Shown: positions 31,053-41,678, counted from the stretch's first letter. The stretch is DNA of 64,000 nucleotides from Bradyrhizobium sp. (GCA_021732175.1 JAKFVP010000375.1:3207-67206); one strand, 5' to 3'. Numbers and translations: made by a program. The notes: generated by a model not told the origin, from the sequence alone.

Positions 31053-32029
31053 GATTGACCTCCCATTGCTGCAAGGCTGTAGTCACCGGAAGAGCCGAGC
31101 CCCGTAACGCTGACGAGTTCCGAGAGGCGACGATCGGTACCGCGGCCGGAAAGGACAGCGATGACGTTGATGGTCTCCGCGATCAGCGCCCGCGGCACCG
31201 TGACGACCGCCTCCTGGATAAGTTGTTCAAGCCGACGCAAGGCACCGAGCCCGGAGCCGGCGTGAATCGTCCCAATGCCGCCGGGATGGCCGGTCCCCCA
31301 GGCCTTGAGCAGGTCGAGCGCTTCGGCGCCCCGTACCTCTCCGATCGGGATTCGATCTGGCCGCAGGCGAAGCGAAGAACGCACAAGGTCCGACAGCGAA
31401 ACCACGCCATCCCTAGTGCGCAGCGCTACAAGGTTCGGCGCCTTGCACTGAAGCTCCCGCGTGTCTTCGATGAGAACGATCCGATCCGAGGTCTTGGCGA
31501 CTTCGGCTAGAAGTGCATTTGTGAGCGTCGTCTTACCGCTCGATGTCCCACCAGCGACCAGAATATTCCTGCGGGCGGCGACCGCATTGCGCAAAGCGCC
31601 GGCTTGGTCCGAGGTCATGATGTCAGCAGCGACGTAGTCATCAAGGCTGAACACCGCGACCGCCGGCTTGCGAATCGCGAAAGCAGGAGCCGCGACCACC
31701 GGAGGCAACAGCCCCTCGAAGCGCTCCCCCGTCTCGGGTAACTCCGCCGATACACGCGGTGCGCCGGCATGAACTTCGGCTCCAACGTGATGGGCAACCA
31801 ATCGAACGATGCGTTCCCCATCAGGAGCGGACACCACTTCTCCGGTGTCCGTGAGGCCGCTCGACAGGCGGTCGATCCACAACCGGCCATCAGGATTGAG
31901 CATCACCTCGACAATCGCCGGATCGTCCAGGAAGCGCCCTATTGCCGGGCCGAGCGCCGTGCGCAGCATGCGCGCTCCGCGCGAGATCGCCTCCGACTGA
32001 ATGGGATGTATTGCCACCACCGCCCCCAA
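31049..32029 (-). CDS. trbB: Conjugal transfer ATPase TrbB (VirB11)
   Basis: [38 protein letters not shown]. Confidence 0.96.
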   Translation of the reverse strand: MGAVVAIHPIQSEAISRGARMLRTALGPAIGRFLDDPAIVEVMLNPDGRLWIDRLSSGLTDTGEVVSAPDGERIVRLVAHHVGAEVHAGAPRVSAELPETGERFEGLLPPVVAAPAFAIRKPAVAVFSLDDYVAADIMTSDQAGALRNAVAARRNILVAGGTSSGKTTLTNALLAEVAKTSDRIVLIEDTRELQCKAPNLVALRTRDGVVSLSDLVRSSLRLRPDRIPIGEVRGAEALDLLKAWGTGHPGGIGTIHAGSGLGALRRLEQLIQEAVVTVPRALIAETINVIAVLSGRGTDRRLSELVSVTGLGSSGDYSLAAMGGQS

Positions 32030-32125
32030 CCAACGAGGCCGTCCCCAAGCGACCTCAGATGGGGATGAATAGAAGAAGCAGTAAGCGGCTCAGTGCAACA
32101 AGACGGAAACTAGGTTCGTAGCCTG

Positions 32126-32140
32126 GCGTAGGAAAAGAAA
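32126..32140 (-). promoter_or_regulatory. Repeated motif GCGTAG(G/T)AAAAGAAA, copy 1 (upstream of trbB)
   Basis: Same 15-mer at 34448-34462 (one mismatch) and 44105-44119 (identical). Confidence 0.55.
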
Positions 32141-32214
32141 GATCGAGAAATTCCTGGAGTCGTTATGCAGGAACTTGCGGCACGAACAATGGCTTGGGAG
32201 AACCCGAACTTGGG

Positions 32215-34395
32215 TCACCACTCCCTTGCCAGATGCGCCTCGATGATCGGTCCCTCAACCGGTACTGCGACAAATCCGGCTTGAGTAGCAGACCTCGAAT
32301 TTTGCGGCGCGAATGAACTGTAGAGGTGTTTGACGAGAGTCCGGAGCCAAGGGATGGCAAACCACAGCAGCGCGGCCGCCTGAAGCGTGAGGCTGAGGCC
32401 GAATGCGGCTTGATAGGCGGCCGTCGGATAGTGACCATACTGAGACGGCCATTGACCGACGACGATTCCGATTCCGTATTGAACCATGAACGCCCAACCG
32501 AAATGCAGTAAGTTTAGGGCCCCATTGGCACGTGCGGCGATTTCTACGGGAAAGTATTCAGCTATAATCGCATAGCTCAACACGGTGCCGGCGCCGACAA
32601 CTGATACGGCAAACCAAGGCAGGACGGATGGCACCGGCACGCGCAGAACCAGGGCGAGTTCAGCCAAGATGAATAGCCCGCCGACTGCCGCTAATAGAAC
32701 CTCAGTAGCTATGCCTCGTCTGCGCAGGCGATCAGCCATCGTCCCCAGTAGGACTGCCCCAAGGCTGATTCCAATGGCCATCGTGAAGAGTTGGTTGATC
32801 AAGCTTTGCCGATCAAGTCCCTCGACGTCGGCGAGCCAGGAGGCCGCCCATAATGACTGCAGAGCCCAGGACGATCCGATGCAAGCTGCCGAAAGCGGCG
32901 CAATTCGCAGGAAACGCGGATCCGAAAAGATGGAACGCAACGTAAGCGGCTTTCCAGATGCTGCGGAGCGCTCGGGACTGGTGTCGCGTTCAGGCACGGC
33001 AAAATAAATCAAACCGGCCGTCGCAAGCGTCGCTGAAGTCAGGACCTCGAACAAGCTCCGCCAGCCAATGCAATTCAGCAACCAATCGGTTGGCGCCGTC
33101 GCGGTGACGGCCCCGAGCGACCCCAGCATGATCATGCAGCCATTGACGAATGCGATACGCTCTTTTGGAAACCAGGTAACGATGGCCTTGAGCCCGGCCA
33201 TCAATGAGGCGGCAACACCAAGCCCTATCATTACGCGACCGACAAGAAGCTCGGCAAAACCCTCTGCGGTGCCAAATAGAGTGGCGCCACCGACGGCGAT
33301 AACGAGCAATACGCTCTGGACCCTTCGCGGACCATAACGATCCAGGAGCACTCCTATCGGAATCTGGGCACCCGCAAAGACCAGGAAGTATACCGATGCG
33401 AGCAGCCCGGTCTGGGCAGCATCGAGCCCAAAATCCTGCGCCAGCGCCGGCGCGATCGAGGCATTGATCGTTCGAAAGAGGAAGGAAAGGAAGTAGCCGG
33501 CGGCGAAGGGCAAGAAGACAGACAAGATCAGCCGCCATTTCGCAACTGCGCGGTTCTGCGAAGCCTGTGACTTGCCCGTCAACTGCTTGTCGAAATTTGG
33601 CGGCGCCGGCGGTGGGTTCGGCTCCCGGTTCCTGGCGTCGTCACTCCGACAGAATGAGTTCGAACGGTCGTGAAAGCACGAGTTGCCAACACCCTCTGGG
33701 GCGGCAGGGTCCGAGGCATGCTCGATGTCAACGCCCTCAGAGGCCGGTTTTTGCCTGTTGGGTCCAGACTCTGAATCATGCGGCGTGTCCTCGCCTGTCG
33801 TTGGCTCCAGATCTGCGCAATCCCTGGCATTGAGACGGTCGATCGTCTCCTGCATGAGCGGTCGGCACTGCCGGACGCGTCGATCAACCTGTTCGGCCAG
33901 CACCTTGAAGCGCTCGTCGCCAAGGAGTGCCGCTTCATGCTGTCGGGATGGCGGAACCGGTGGCATGACCGCAAGGTGATATCGGGCGTGTAGCGCGATG
34001 GTCTCGGCGATCATCCGTATGTCGCCCTCCAGACGGTCGAACCTGTCGTGCAAGTTGTCGAACCGCTCTTGCACCAGATCCACAACGGATGGGGCCGGGT
34101 TCAGAAAGCGCTCAACGGCGGCCTCCACGACCATGCTCTTGCCGACGCCTGGACGATCGGTCGCAATCTCGAGCCGCTCATAGAGAGCATCGGTAATCCG
34201 CACGGTCACCTTTCGGGTTGCGGAAGAGCGACATTTGCGCGGAGACGACGCGGCCGCCTCGCCACAGCCGGCCCGCATGTCTAGTTCGCCGTGGAACTGC
34301 ATGTTGTGGTTTTCCCGTTTCGCCAAGGGTACTGGTCGCAGCCGCAACATCCGCGGCTCGATGGATTGGGTGAGGAGAGTTGACGGGAACGACAC
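32215..34395 (-). CDS. CopG/RHH-like domain fused to an MFS transporter
   Basis: Single 726-aa ORF; N-terminal part aligns by eye to the neighbouring CopG; C-terminal MFS with motif A (GVLLDRYGPRR); start may be further in. Confidence 0.85.
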   Translation of the reverse strand: MSFPSTLLTQSIEPRMLRLRPVPLAKRENHNMQFHGELDMRAGCGEAAASSPRKCRSSATRKVTVRITDALYERLEIATDRPGVGKSMVVEAAVERFLNPAPSVVDLVQERFDNLHDRFDRLEGDIRMIAETIALHARYHLAVMPPVPPSRQHEAALLGDERFKVLAEQVDRRVRQCRPLMQETIDRLNARDCADLEPTTGEDTPHDSESGPNRQKPASEGVDIEHASDPAAPEGVGNSCFHDRSNSFCRSDDARNREPNPPPAPPNFDKQLTGKSQASQNRAVAKWRLILSVFLPFAAGYFLSFLFRTINASIAPALAQDFGLDAAQTGLLASVYFLVFAGAQIPIGVLLDRYGPRRVQSVLLVIAVGGATLFGTAEGFAELLVGRVMIGLGVAASLMAGLKAIVTWFPKERIAFVNGCMIMLGSLGAVTATAPTDWLLNCIGWRSLFEVLTSATLATAGLIYFAVPERDTSPERSAASGKPLTLRSIFSDPRFLRIAPLSAACIGSSWALQSLWAASWLADVEGLDRQSLINQLFTMAIGISLGAVLLGTMADRLRRRGIATEVLLAAVGGLFILAELALVLRVPVPSVLPWFAVSVVGAGTVLSYAIIAEYFPVEIAARANGALNLLHFGWAFMVQYGIGIVVGQWPSQYGHYPTAAYQAAFGLSLTLQAAALLWFAIPWLRTLVKHLYSSFAPQNSRSATQAGFVAVPVEGPIIEAHLAREW

Positions 34396-34447
34396 AAAAG
34401 CAGCGCAAAGACTGCATCAAGCGGCGGAGTATGGCGCTCGTGTTCCG

Positions 34448-34462
34448 GCGTAGTAAAAGAAA
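34448..34462 (-). promoter_or_regulatory. Repeated motif copy 2 (upstream of RHH-MFS)
   Basis: GCGTAGTAAAAGAAA. Confidence 0.5.
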
Positions 34463-34477
34463 GAAACGCTGACTTGT

Positions 34478-34927
34478 TCAGGTTGAGCCGGATTCGTTTC
34501 TCGTTCGAGCAAGGCTTCCTGTGTCGTGCGATTCGATGCTCACTTCCTTAAGGACGGTTGATCCGCCGGAGAGCCGCCGCCCCAGAGCTTCGACAAAACG
34601 GTCGTAGCGCTCGGCACCTTTGGCACGTGCCGCCGGGCTAGAATACTCCGGCAATGCTGGCGTTGACGTCAACCAGAAGCGGATGAACAGCGCGATCGTC
34701 TCTAGCGTTACGCCGTCATTGCGTTCAAGCCGCTCGAGCACTCGCACAATCCGGTCCAGCCGCTTGGCGATCGCGGCCTCCCGCCGATCAGAATCGTCAG
34801 GAGAGAGGAAGGAAGCAATCGCAGCCTCGGCAACCAGCGACTTGGACTTACCATGGCGTTCTGCGAAGGCCTCCAAGGTCTTGAATGTGTCTGAGTCGAG
34901 GTAGATGCTGAGCTGCGTCTTCTTCAT
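34478..34927 (-). CDS. CopG-family ribbon-helix-helix protein
   Basis: QLSIYLD..KSLVAEAAIASFLSP..ETIALFIRFWLT..GAERYDRFVEALGRRL; follows traG. Confidence 0.88.
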   Translation of the reverse strand: MKKTQLSIYLDSDTFKTLEAFAERHGKSKSLVAEAAIASFLSPDDSDRREAAIAKRLDRIVRVLERLERNDGVTLETIALFIRFWLTSTPALPEYSSPAARAKGAERYDRFVEALGRRLSGGSTVLKEVSIESHDTGSLARTRNESGST

Positions 34928-34937
34928 CTCGCTGCGC

Positions 34938-36914
34938 TCAAAGACCCATCTTGTCGTCCGGATTGAGGCTTACAGAGCGTGCAATACCCTGCATCGAGCG
35001 GCTCAAAGCCGTCGCTTGCACGGCATCAGCGTCGCCGTCATCGGGCGCGGCATCAAATTCGTTCTCGGCGAGTGGCGCCTTGATCGTGACTTCCTCATGT
35101 TGCGGCAGTTCCGGCTCGCGGCGGATGCCGCCATTCGGATCGCCGGTCTTGCGCTTTAATGCCGCGAGCAAGTTGATCGAGGGCGAAATCGGCGTTCGGT
35201 CCGACCAATCGTCCGGCTTAGCGACCAAGCCGACGGGAACGGTGCGTGACGGTTTCAATATCCGGCGCTGGAACTGCGTATCCTCGTAATAGCGAACCTT
35301 GCGGGCGCGTACCGGATGCACCCCCGAAACCATCACAATAGCCTCGTTGGGCGAGAGTTGCATGACTTCCCCGGGCGTGAGCAGCGGACGAGAGGTCTCC
35401 TGACGACTGACCATCAGATGTCCAAGCCAAGGGCTCAACCGATGCCCGGCATAGTTCTTCATCGCGCGCATCTCGGTTGCAGTGCCGAGAGCATCCGACA
35501 CGCGCTTGGCGGTGCGCTCGTCATTGGTCGAGAAGGAGATACGGATATGGCAATTGTCGAGAATTGCGTGGTTCGGCCCGTAGGCACGTTCGAGCTGATT
35601 CAGGCTCTGGGTAATCAAGAAGCTGCGAATGCCGTAACCTGCCATGAAGGCAAGCTGGCTCTCGAAGAAGTCGAGCCGACCGAGTGCGGCGAACTCGTCC
35701 AACATCAGAAGCAGCTTCTGTCTGTGTTGATCGGTATCGAGGCTTTCGGTCAACCGTCGTCCGATCTGGTTGAGGACGAGCCGCATCAGGGGTTTTGTGC
35801 GGGCAATGTCTGATGGCGGTACCACCAGATAGAGCGAGATGGGCCGGGATCCGTCAACGAGGTCACGGATGCGCCAGTTGCACCGTCCCGTGACCTTGGC
35901 GACGACGGGGTCGCGGTAGAGTCCCAGAAAGCTCATCGTTGTCGACAATACTCCCGAACGTTCATTTTCGCTCTTGTTGAGCAGTTCGCGTGCCGCCGAT
36001 GCCACCACGGGATGAACGCGTTCCCCGAGATGCGGAGTGGCCAGCATCGCATGCAGCGTCGCCTCGATCGGGCGCGACGGGTCCGACAAGAAGTTGGCAA
36101 CGCCGGCGAGCGTTTTGTCAGCCTCAGCATAGAGAACGTGCAGGATGGCGCCGACCAGCAAGGAATGACTCGTCTTCTCCCAATGATTGCGGCGCTCGAG
36201 CGCCCCTTCAGGGTCGACGAGAATGTCTGCGATATTCTGCGCGTCGCGGACCTCACAATCGCCCTTGCGGATCTCGAGCAGAGGATTGTAGGCCGCGCTC
36301 GCAGGATTGGTTGGATCGAACAAGAGCACTGAGCCGAAGCGAGCGCGCCAACCGGAGGTCAGTTGAAAATTCTCGCCCTTGATGTCGTGGACAATAGTGG
36401 AGCTCGGCCAAGTGAGCAGTGTTGGGATGACAAAGCCGACGCCCTTACCCGAGCGGGTCGGAGCAAAGCAGAGCACATGTTCGGGACCGTTGTGCCGGAG
36501 ATAGCAGCCCCCAAAGCGGCCCAGCACGACGCCATCGTGTCCCAGAAGTCCTGCACGCCTGATCTCTCGCGTATCGGCCCAGCGTGCCGAGCCGTAGGTC
36601 GTGACATGCTGGGCCTCTTGCGCACGCCAGACGGAAAGCGCGATCGCGACGGCGATCGCGGCAAGCCCGCCGCTCGCGGCGATACAGGCACCTTGCATGA
36701 AGATTGTTGGCGCGTAGGCGTCGAACCTGAACCACCAGACGAAGAAGGCAACCGGCTGATAGATCGGCCATTGCCTGATCATGAACCACGCAGGCCCAAG
36801 CTGCGGTTGAAACGCGAGACGCCAGGCGGTCCACTCGGTTGCTACCCAGAGAAAGGCGAGCACGACCAACGAGACGAAAAGCAGCTGCCCCCAAAGTATT
36901 TTCGTCGCGGACAT
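34938..36914 (-). CDS. traG: Type IV coupling protein TraG/VirD4
   Basis: TYGSARWA, APTRSGKGVG, HDIKGEN, LDEFAALG. Confidence 0.96.
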   Translation of the reverse strand: MSATKILWGQLLFVSLVVLAFLWVATEWTAWRLAFQPQLGPAWFMIRQWPIYQPVAFFVWWFRFDAYAPTIFMQGACIAASGGLAAIAVAIALSVWRAQEAQHVTTYGSARWADTREIRRAGLLGHDGVVLGRFGGCYLRHNGPEHVLCFAPTRSGKGVGFVIPTLLTWPSSTIVHDIKGENFQLTSGWRARFGSVLLFDPTNPASAAYNPLLEIRKGDCEVRDAQNIADILVDPEGALERRNHWEKTSHSLLVGAILHVLYAEADKTLAGVANFLSDPSRPIEATLHAMLATPHLGERVHPVVASAARELLNKSENERSGVLSTTMSFLGLYRDPVVAKVTGRCNWRIRDLVDGSRPISLYLVVPPSDIARTKPLMRLVLNQIGRRLTESLDTDQHRQKLLLMLDEFAALGRLDFFESQLAFMAGYGIRSFLITQSLNQLERAYGPNHAILDNCHIRISFSTNDERTAKRVSDALGTATEMRAMKNYAGHRLSPWLGHLMVSRQETSRPLLTPGEVMQLSPNEAIVMVSGVHPVRARKVRYYEDTQFQRRILKPSRTVPVGLVAKPDDWSDRTPISPSINLLAALKRKTGDPNGGIRREPELPQHEEVTIKAPLAENEFDAAPDDGDADAVQATALSRSMQGIARSVSLNPDDKMGL

Positions 36915-37004
36915 GAGCGAGAGGTGTCAGCTACCCACGGGCCAGCGCAACAGCAATTCGCTCGGCATCGCGCTTGCGCGCGCCGTAGCGTAGAGATCGG
37001 CGCA

Positions 37005-38732
37005 TCACAGCGAAGGGCCGCGGCGGCGTCCAAAACTCCAGTCGACGCCGCCAGGACCGGCAATGCCATTCACTTGTCTGCCTAGTTCGCGTTCCAACGA
37101 TGGGATCCAGGGTACGAGTTGGAAGCCAAGTCCGTTGTCGATCATGGCGAAGCGCCCCGAGGCAAGCGACAATCTTCGGCGATAAGTCCCAGAAATGGAT
37201 TCACCCGTCTCCGCCGGCTGATGCACCAGCCCTGTTTCGGTAGCAAGGCCGCGACCTACTGTCTTGAGCTCGCGGTTGCGTAGAGTTCCGATCAGGTTGC
37301 GACCGAGCGTGATCTTGTCTCCGTCCCGGCTGGCAAGACCCTGCTGTGCCAGTACATCGATCCGCCGATCGAGCGCGACACAGACCTCGGCACCAAAGCC
37401 AGCGCGCGAGAGATCGGCGCCCTCGCGACTGGCCAGGCGCCGGTCGAGCCAGGTCGCGCCTTCAGCCGCCACCTGCTGGTCGAGATTAAGGTCCGAGCGG
37501 ACTGCGAGCGCGATCCGATTGCGGCCCCTGGTATCCTCAAAGCGCCGCAGCTCGACGATGCCTCCGATCGGCCCATCACTGGCCAAATCGATGTCAGCGA
37601 GTTTGAGGTGATGGACCCTTCCGTCAATCCCGTCGACGACGGCGAACGCGCTACCCTTAAGCTCGTCGTCGAGCCCTCGGGCGATGAGACGACCGATCAC
37701 TGGTTCGCCGTGGCGTTCGCCCTCAAGCGCCCAGGAAGATGGCGCGCGCGATGCGCCATCCTTTGCGAGTGTCTTGTGCAGCCGCTTGATGATGTCACCC
37801 CGATCGCCGAGCGCGCGCAATTTCGGCTCGGTGTCACTGGTCAGGACCCAACGCGCGGGACCGACTGGCTCGGCTAGCCCCAGCCGCTCAAGTGTTCGCA
37901 TCCGACCGATCCGGATCTCGTGCAACGGGTCGCGCCCGCCGTCTTTTTCCGGACGAAGATCCAGCACCCCTTCCTTTCCGGCCGCTTCCCGGGCCAGTAC
38001 ACGGTCAAGCCTCGTCCAGCGTTCTGCGGTGACCTCTGCTTCGAGGCCGCGCCGGATCTCAAGCTCCGATCTCGGGCCGAGCTCACGGGTAACCAAATCG
38101 CCGGCGCGGGCGCGCAATCCTTTCGAAATATAGTCCCGACTGATAACAAGGTCAGAGCCGTCGTCCGCACGGCCTCGCACAAGGATGTGGATATGGGGAT
38201 GCTCAGTATTCCAATGGTCGATGGCAACCCAGTCGAGGCGGGTAGCGAGGTCTCGCGAGGCCTGATCCATGAGTTCGCGGGTAAAGGCACGCAAGCTTCC
38301 CAACTCGCTCGCATCATCTGGCGAGACGATAAACCGGAAATGATGCCGATCGCCTTCGCAGCGCTCGGCGAAAGCCCGGCCATCTGCTTGATCTCCGGCT
38401 GCATCAAATAGCCTGCCAGGCGATCCGTCGCGGGTCACGCCATCGCGCTGGAGGTAACCGATATGGGCTCGCAGCGCGCCAGGCGACCGCATCCGGCGCA
38501 CGACGCGCGCCTTGACCATGGCGCTGCGACCACGAGCCTGGAGGAGCCGCGTCGCGGCAAGGCTAGCCGCACGGCCGCGTCCAAATCTTCCGCCCCTCCT
38601 GACGCCGCTGCGCGGGACACCGCCAGCCTTTTGCGTGGCTCTGAGCGCCTGCGCCAGAAAGGATTTTGCCTTTGGCGTGCGCGTCGAGCGAATGCGCCCA
38701 GGGCGGACGCGAAAATCGTCGTTGCCAGTCAT
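37005..38732 (-). CDS. rlxS: VirD2-like MOB-P relaxase with DUF3363 (RlxS)
   Basis: HIGYLQRDG, HHFRFIVSP, DHWNTEHPHIHILVRG, LVISRDYI. Confidence 0.93.
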   Translation of the reverse strand: MTGNDDFRVRPGRIRSTRTPKAKSFLAQALRATQKAGGVPRSGVRRGGRFGRGRAASLAATRLLQARGRSAMVKARVVRRMRSPGALRAHIGYLQRDGVTRDGSPGRLFDAAGDQADGRAFAERCEGDRHHFRFIVSPDDASELGSLRAFTRELMDQASRDLATRLDWVAIDHWNTEHPHIHILVRGRADDGSDLVISRDYISKGLRARAGDLVTRELGPRSELEIRRGLEAEVTAERWTRLDRVLAREAAGKEGVLDLRPEKDGGRDPLHEIRIGRMRTLERLGLAEPVGPARWVLTSDTEPKLRALGDRGDIIKRLHKTLAKDGASRAPSSWALEGERHGEPVIGRLIARGLDDELKGSAFAVVDGIDGRVHHLKLADIDLASDGPIGGIVELRRFEDTRGRNRIALAVRSDLNLDQQVAAEGATWLDRRLASREGADLSRAGFGAEVCVALDRRIDVLAQQGLASRDGDKITLGRNLIGTLRNRELKTVGRGLATETGLVHQPAETGESISGTYRRRLSLASGRFAMIDNGLGFQLVPWIPSLERELGRQVNGIAGPGGVDWSFGRRRGPSL

Positions 38733-38857
38733 CGTATCCGTCGCAGTGTGCCAATAGCTGAGCAGGAACAGCGCGATGACAGAAATGTCAGGTTGTGCTC
38801 GATCTTCGCAATGTTCGGAGCATGCTTGAAGTTGCACGCAATTCCCATCCGACCGAC

Positions 38858-38890
38858 CGGCCGCACCTTGCGGCTTTTATCCTGCCCTCC
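38858..38890. other. Putative oriT / nic site
   Basis: Hairpin GCCGCAccTTGCGGC followed by TATCCTGC (IncP-type nic consensus YATCCTG/Y), upstream of the relaxase. Confidence 0.75.
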
Positions 38891-39108
38891 TCGGTCGAAT
38901 CGCCTCTGGCCTCTCCCAGCTACTCTCGAACCTACGAAAATCCCCGACAGCGCGCGACGAACTGCGATTGGCGTCGTCGGCATTGCGCGGGGCTGCAACA
39001 ACGCGCGTGCGGGACTGCTAGGTGAGGACTCACTGCAGAGGCTTACGCGTTGGCGTTGCAAAGAATCGAGCAGAATAGTTGCAGTTCGACTGCTAATGGC
39101 GAGCATGT

Positions 39109-39615
39109 TCATTCTCCGTCAGTCCATACCGGGATCGCTCGGCCGATAACGGCAGATGCAGGAATGGGTCCGAAATAGCGCCCGTCAAAAGAGTCCGCCG
39201 ACTGCCAGTTCATGACAAAGATTTCGCCGGCACCAAGGGTGCGGCAGCCCTGCCAAACCGGCAGCGGCCGGCCGTGGCCATCGCGCTCTCGCGCCTGGCC
39301 CATCTCGATGCTGTCGACGGCGATTGTGAGTCCCGTTCTGCAGACGGTTTGCCCGGGCAGTGCCAGCACGTGCTTGAGCATCGGCAGGCCGCTTGGCAAA
39401 TAGCCGTTAAGGGCGAGGAAGGTCGCCAGCGGCTCAGGTGGCCGAACGGCCACCAGCTCAGTGACATCCAATCTTCCGACGTCTCGCAAGCGATACAGAC
39501 CGATTGGCACGCTCTCAGAGGCGTTCCAGATATACGATGGCGAAGTGTTTTCGACTGGCCACAGAGCAAGAGCTGTGGCCCCACACATGGCAAGAATGAC
39601 CGCCAGCCGTTGCAT
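39109..39615 (-). CDS. traF: TraF conjugal S26 peptidase
   Basis: WNASESVPIGLY, MLKHVLALPG, SFDGRYFGP. Confidence 0.92.
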   Translation of the reverse strand: MQRLAVILAMCGATALALWPVENTSPSYIWNASESVPIGLYRLRDVGRLDVTELVAVRPPEPLATFLALNGYLPSGLPMLKHVLALPGQTVCRTGLTIAVDSIEMGQARERDGHGRPLPVWQGCRTLGAGEIFVMNWQSADSFDGRYFGPIPASAVIGRAIPVWTDGE

Positions 39616-40079
39616 CAGAATGCCACCCTTCGCCGCTGGAGCCACGCCCGGTGGCGCCCAACGGTGTAGATTCGAGGCGCTTCGTTGACTGACAGACGGT
39701 TGTGAACGTGTTGCCAATACTCCGGGGCCGCTTCGGCAGGATTGATGCCAAGTGCCTCCACCGCGTCGATCAACTGGAGAACGCGCTCAACCTTTGGCCA
39801 AGCCGACAGTCGCAGCAGACTGTCACCGCCAGGATGAACCCAAGGAACGGTCGAATAGCGTTGGCCAGGCGCTGGCGCGCGCAAGATGTCGATGCGAGAC
39901 AGGACTGTTCCGAAGTCATTGGAGGTCCAACGCGCAAAGGCGAAGATGCTGCCGGGCGCGAACGAAAGGACGCGGCGGTGACGGTCAACGATCTTTTCCG
40001 AAACGGGCTTGCCGAACCGAATTCGGTTCTCGATCCGCTTCTCGAGCCACAATAGTTCAACGGTTGTAAGATCGCTCAC
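39615..40079 (-). CDS. DUF2840 family protein
   Basis: LTTVELLWLEKRIENRIRFG..RWTSNDFGT..WQHVHNRL. Confidence 0.85.
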   Translation of the reverse strand: MSDLTTVELLWLEKRIENRIRFGKPVSEKIVDRHRRVLSFAPGSIFAFARWTSNDFGTVLSRIDILRAPAPGQRYSTVPWVHPGGDSLLRLSAWPKVERVLQLIDAVEALGINPAEAAPEYWQHVHNRLSVNEAPRIYTVGRHRAWLQRRRVAF

Positions 40080-40407
40080 CGGACCGCTCCGAGTTGTTGA
40101 GAGAAATTTATGGGAAATGCCAACGGCCGCGCTGTCGCCGGCGCATCGGAGGCAATGCCTCGCTTGCGGCAGAACGGCTGTGGTGAGCCGTCAGCTGGCC
40201 GGCGTAGGCAAAGGGCATTCCCGCTGACGATCGCGGTCAAGAGGCTCCGACCCGTTAGAAGGAATCCGAAGAATTCCTGGTTAGTAAAGTTACGGGAGCA
40301 GGAAGTATTGGCGCGGCAGAGCGTTAGCTCTGATTCTGGTCCTCGATAGCACGAGGATCCGGCCCCCGATGGCACGAGGGTTCTGGTCCCTGATAGCACG
40401 AGCCGAT

Positions 40408-41310
40408 TCACAGCTTATCCCCCGCTGGAGAGGCGAGGCCACGCTTGCGCAGTCGCTGCGTCAGCGGGTCGACCGAGACAGGTGCGAAATTCAGTCGTTC
40501 TGCGCCATTCGGGTCGTGTGTGATGACGAGGCGATAACCCGGCAATGCCTGACGGCCGACGATCTGGCGCAGGTCGTAGGCAAAGTGTTTGAGCGGCGAC
40601 AGGCTGCCTGACTTGGCGTGCAGGTGCACAACATCAAAACTCCAGCCGCCGTGCTGATGGCCACCGTGTTTGCGGACAAGGCGATAGAGCCAGCGTTCGA
40701 GTCCGCCGGTCAGATCGAAATACGCGCGATCAATCGTTAGCACGAGCGCTTCGTCGACAACGCCCGAGTAGAACCAATCGGGCAAGATCAGCTCCAGTCC
40801 ACGCGGATGGCCGTGGGCGTCAGACGCCTCCTTCCATTCGTTGATCCAGGAAAAGCGATGCCGTCGGCGCTCCATTGGTTGGCGGATCGACGTCATGACG
40901 GTTGTCGATTGCAGCCGGTCGAGTGCAGCCTTGAGGCGATCGTAATCGCGCACGCTGGTGCCGCGACCGACGAAGGTCAGTATCTCGTAGGGCGTGGCGG
41001 CCATCAGCCGCGACGTCTTCAGGCCGGCGTCACGGGCCTCCACAATCTGCGAAGCGGCCCAGATCAAGACGTCTGCGTCCCAGATCGTCGCCATGCCATG
41101 TTCTGGCACGGCTTCGACTCGGATCGTGACCGTGCCGGCGCGGAAATCGATCGGTAAAGTTCGCTTGGATTTCGCCAACGAGAAGAACGGATAGGCCATC
41201 AGGTCTTGTGCATCGCGCGGGGCCAGGTCGCCGGGCAGCGCACGAAACAGGTCGAGCTGATCGCGCTCCGAGCGGCGCCGTCTGTGTGCAGATGAGTTGC
41301 CGTCCGACAT
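40408..41310 (-). CDS. repA: Replication initiator protein A
   Basis: RDAQDLMAYPFFSLAKSKR, GMATIWDADVLIW, GGLERWLYRLVRKH. Confidence 0.92.
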   Translation of the reverse strand: MSDGNSSAHRRRRSERDQLDLFRALPGDLAPRDAQDLMAYPFFSLAKSKRTLPIDFRAGTVTIRVEAVPEHGMATIWDADVLIWAASQIVEARDAGLKTSRLMAATPYEILTFVGRGTSVRDYDRLKAALDRLQSTTVMTSIRQPMERRRHRFSWINEWKEASDAHGHPRGLELILPDWFYSGVVDEALVLTIDRAYFDLTGGLERWLYRLVRKHGGHQHGGWSFDVVHLHAKSGSLSPLKHFAYDLRQIVGRQALPGYRLVITHDPNGAERLNFAPVSVDPLTQRLRKRGLASPAGDKL

Positions 41311-41312
41311 GG

Positions 41313-41591
41313 TCAGCGCCGCTCCTTGCCCGCATAGGGGATCGGGGTGTGCCGCTTGGCGGGCAAGACCGCGCCGTTGCCGGGATCGCTGGTCGATGTC
41401 TTGGTACCGCGGTCAACCCAAGCTGTTAGATCATCGATGGCGTAGACGACCCTGCCGCCGAGCTTCCGATAGGTCGGGCCGGTGCCATAGGTGCGGTGTT
41501 TCTCCAGCGTCCGGCAGGACAGGCCGAGAAAGCGCGCGGCTTCTGGCGTGCGCAGGTATCGCGGCGGTAGGCCGGCGTTCGGATCGGGCAT
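41313..41591 (-). CDS. rdfS: AlpA-like HTH excisionase (RdfS)
   Basis: YLRTPEAARFLGLS.RTLEKHRTYGTGP.YRKLGGRVVY. Confidence 0.88.
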   Translation of the reverse strand: MPDPNAGLPPRYLRTPEAARFLGLSCRTLEKHRTYGTGPTYRKLGGRVVYAIDDLTAWVDRGTKTSTSDPGNGAVLPAKRHTPIPYAGKERR

Positions 41592-41678
41592 TTGCGAAGC
41601 TCCGTGATCGTCTAGAGCGCGACCGGATTGAGCCGCGCGTCGACGGTCACGGTGGCGGAGTAGCCGTGCTTAGGGGGA

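Noticed and set aside
40076-40411. 111-aa ORF between repA and DUF2840
   Set aside because: No motif; more likely non-coding origin region, which I cannot demonstrate
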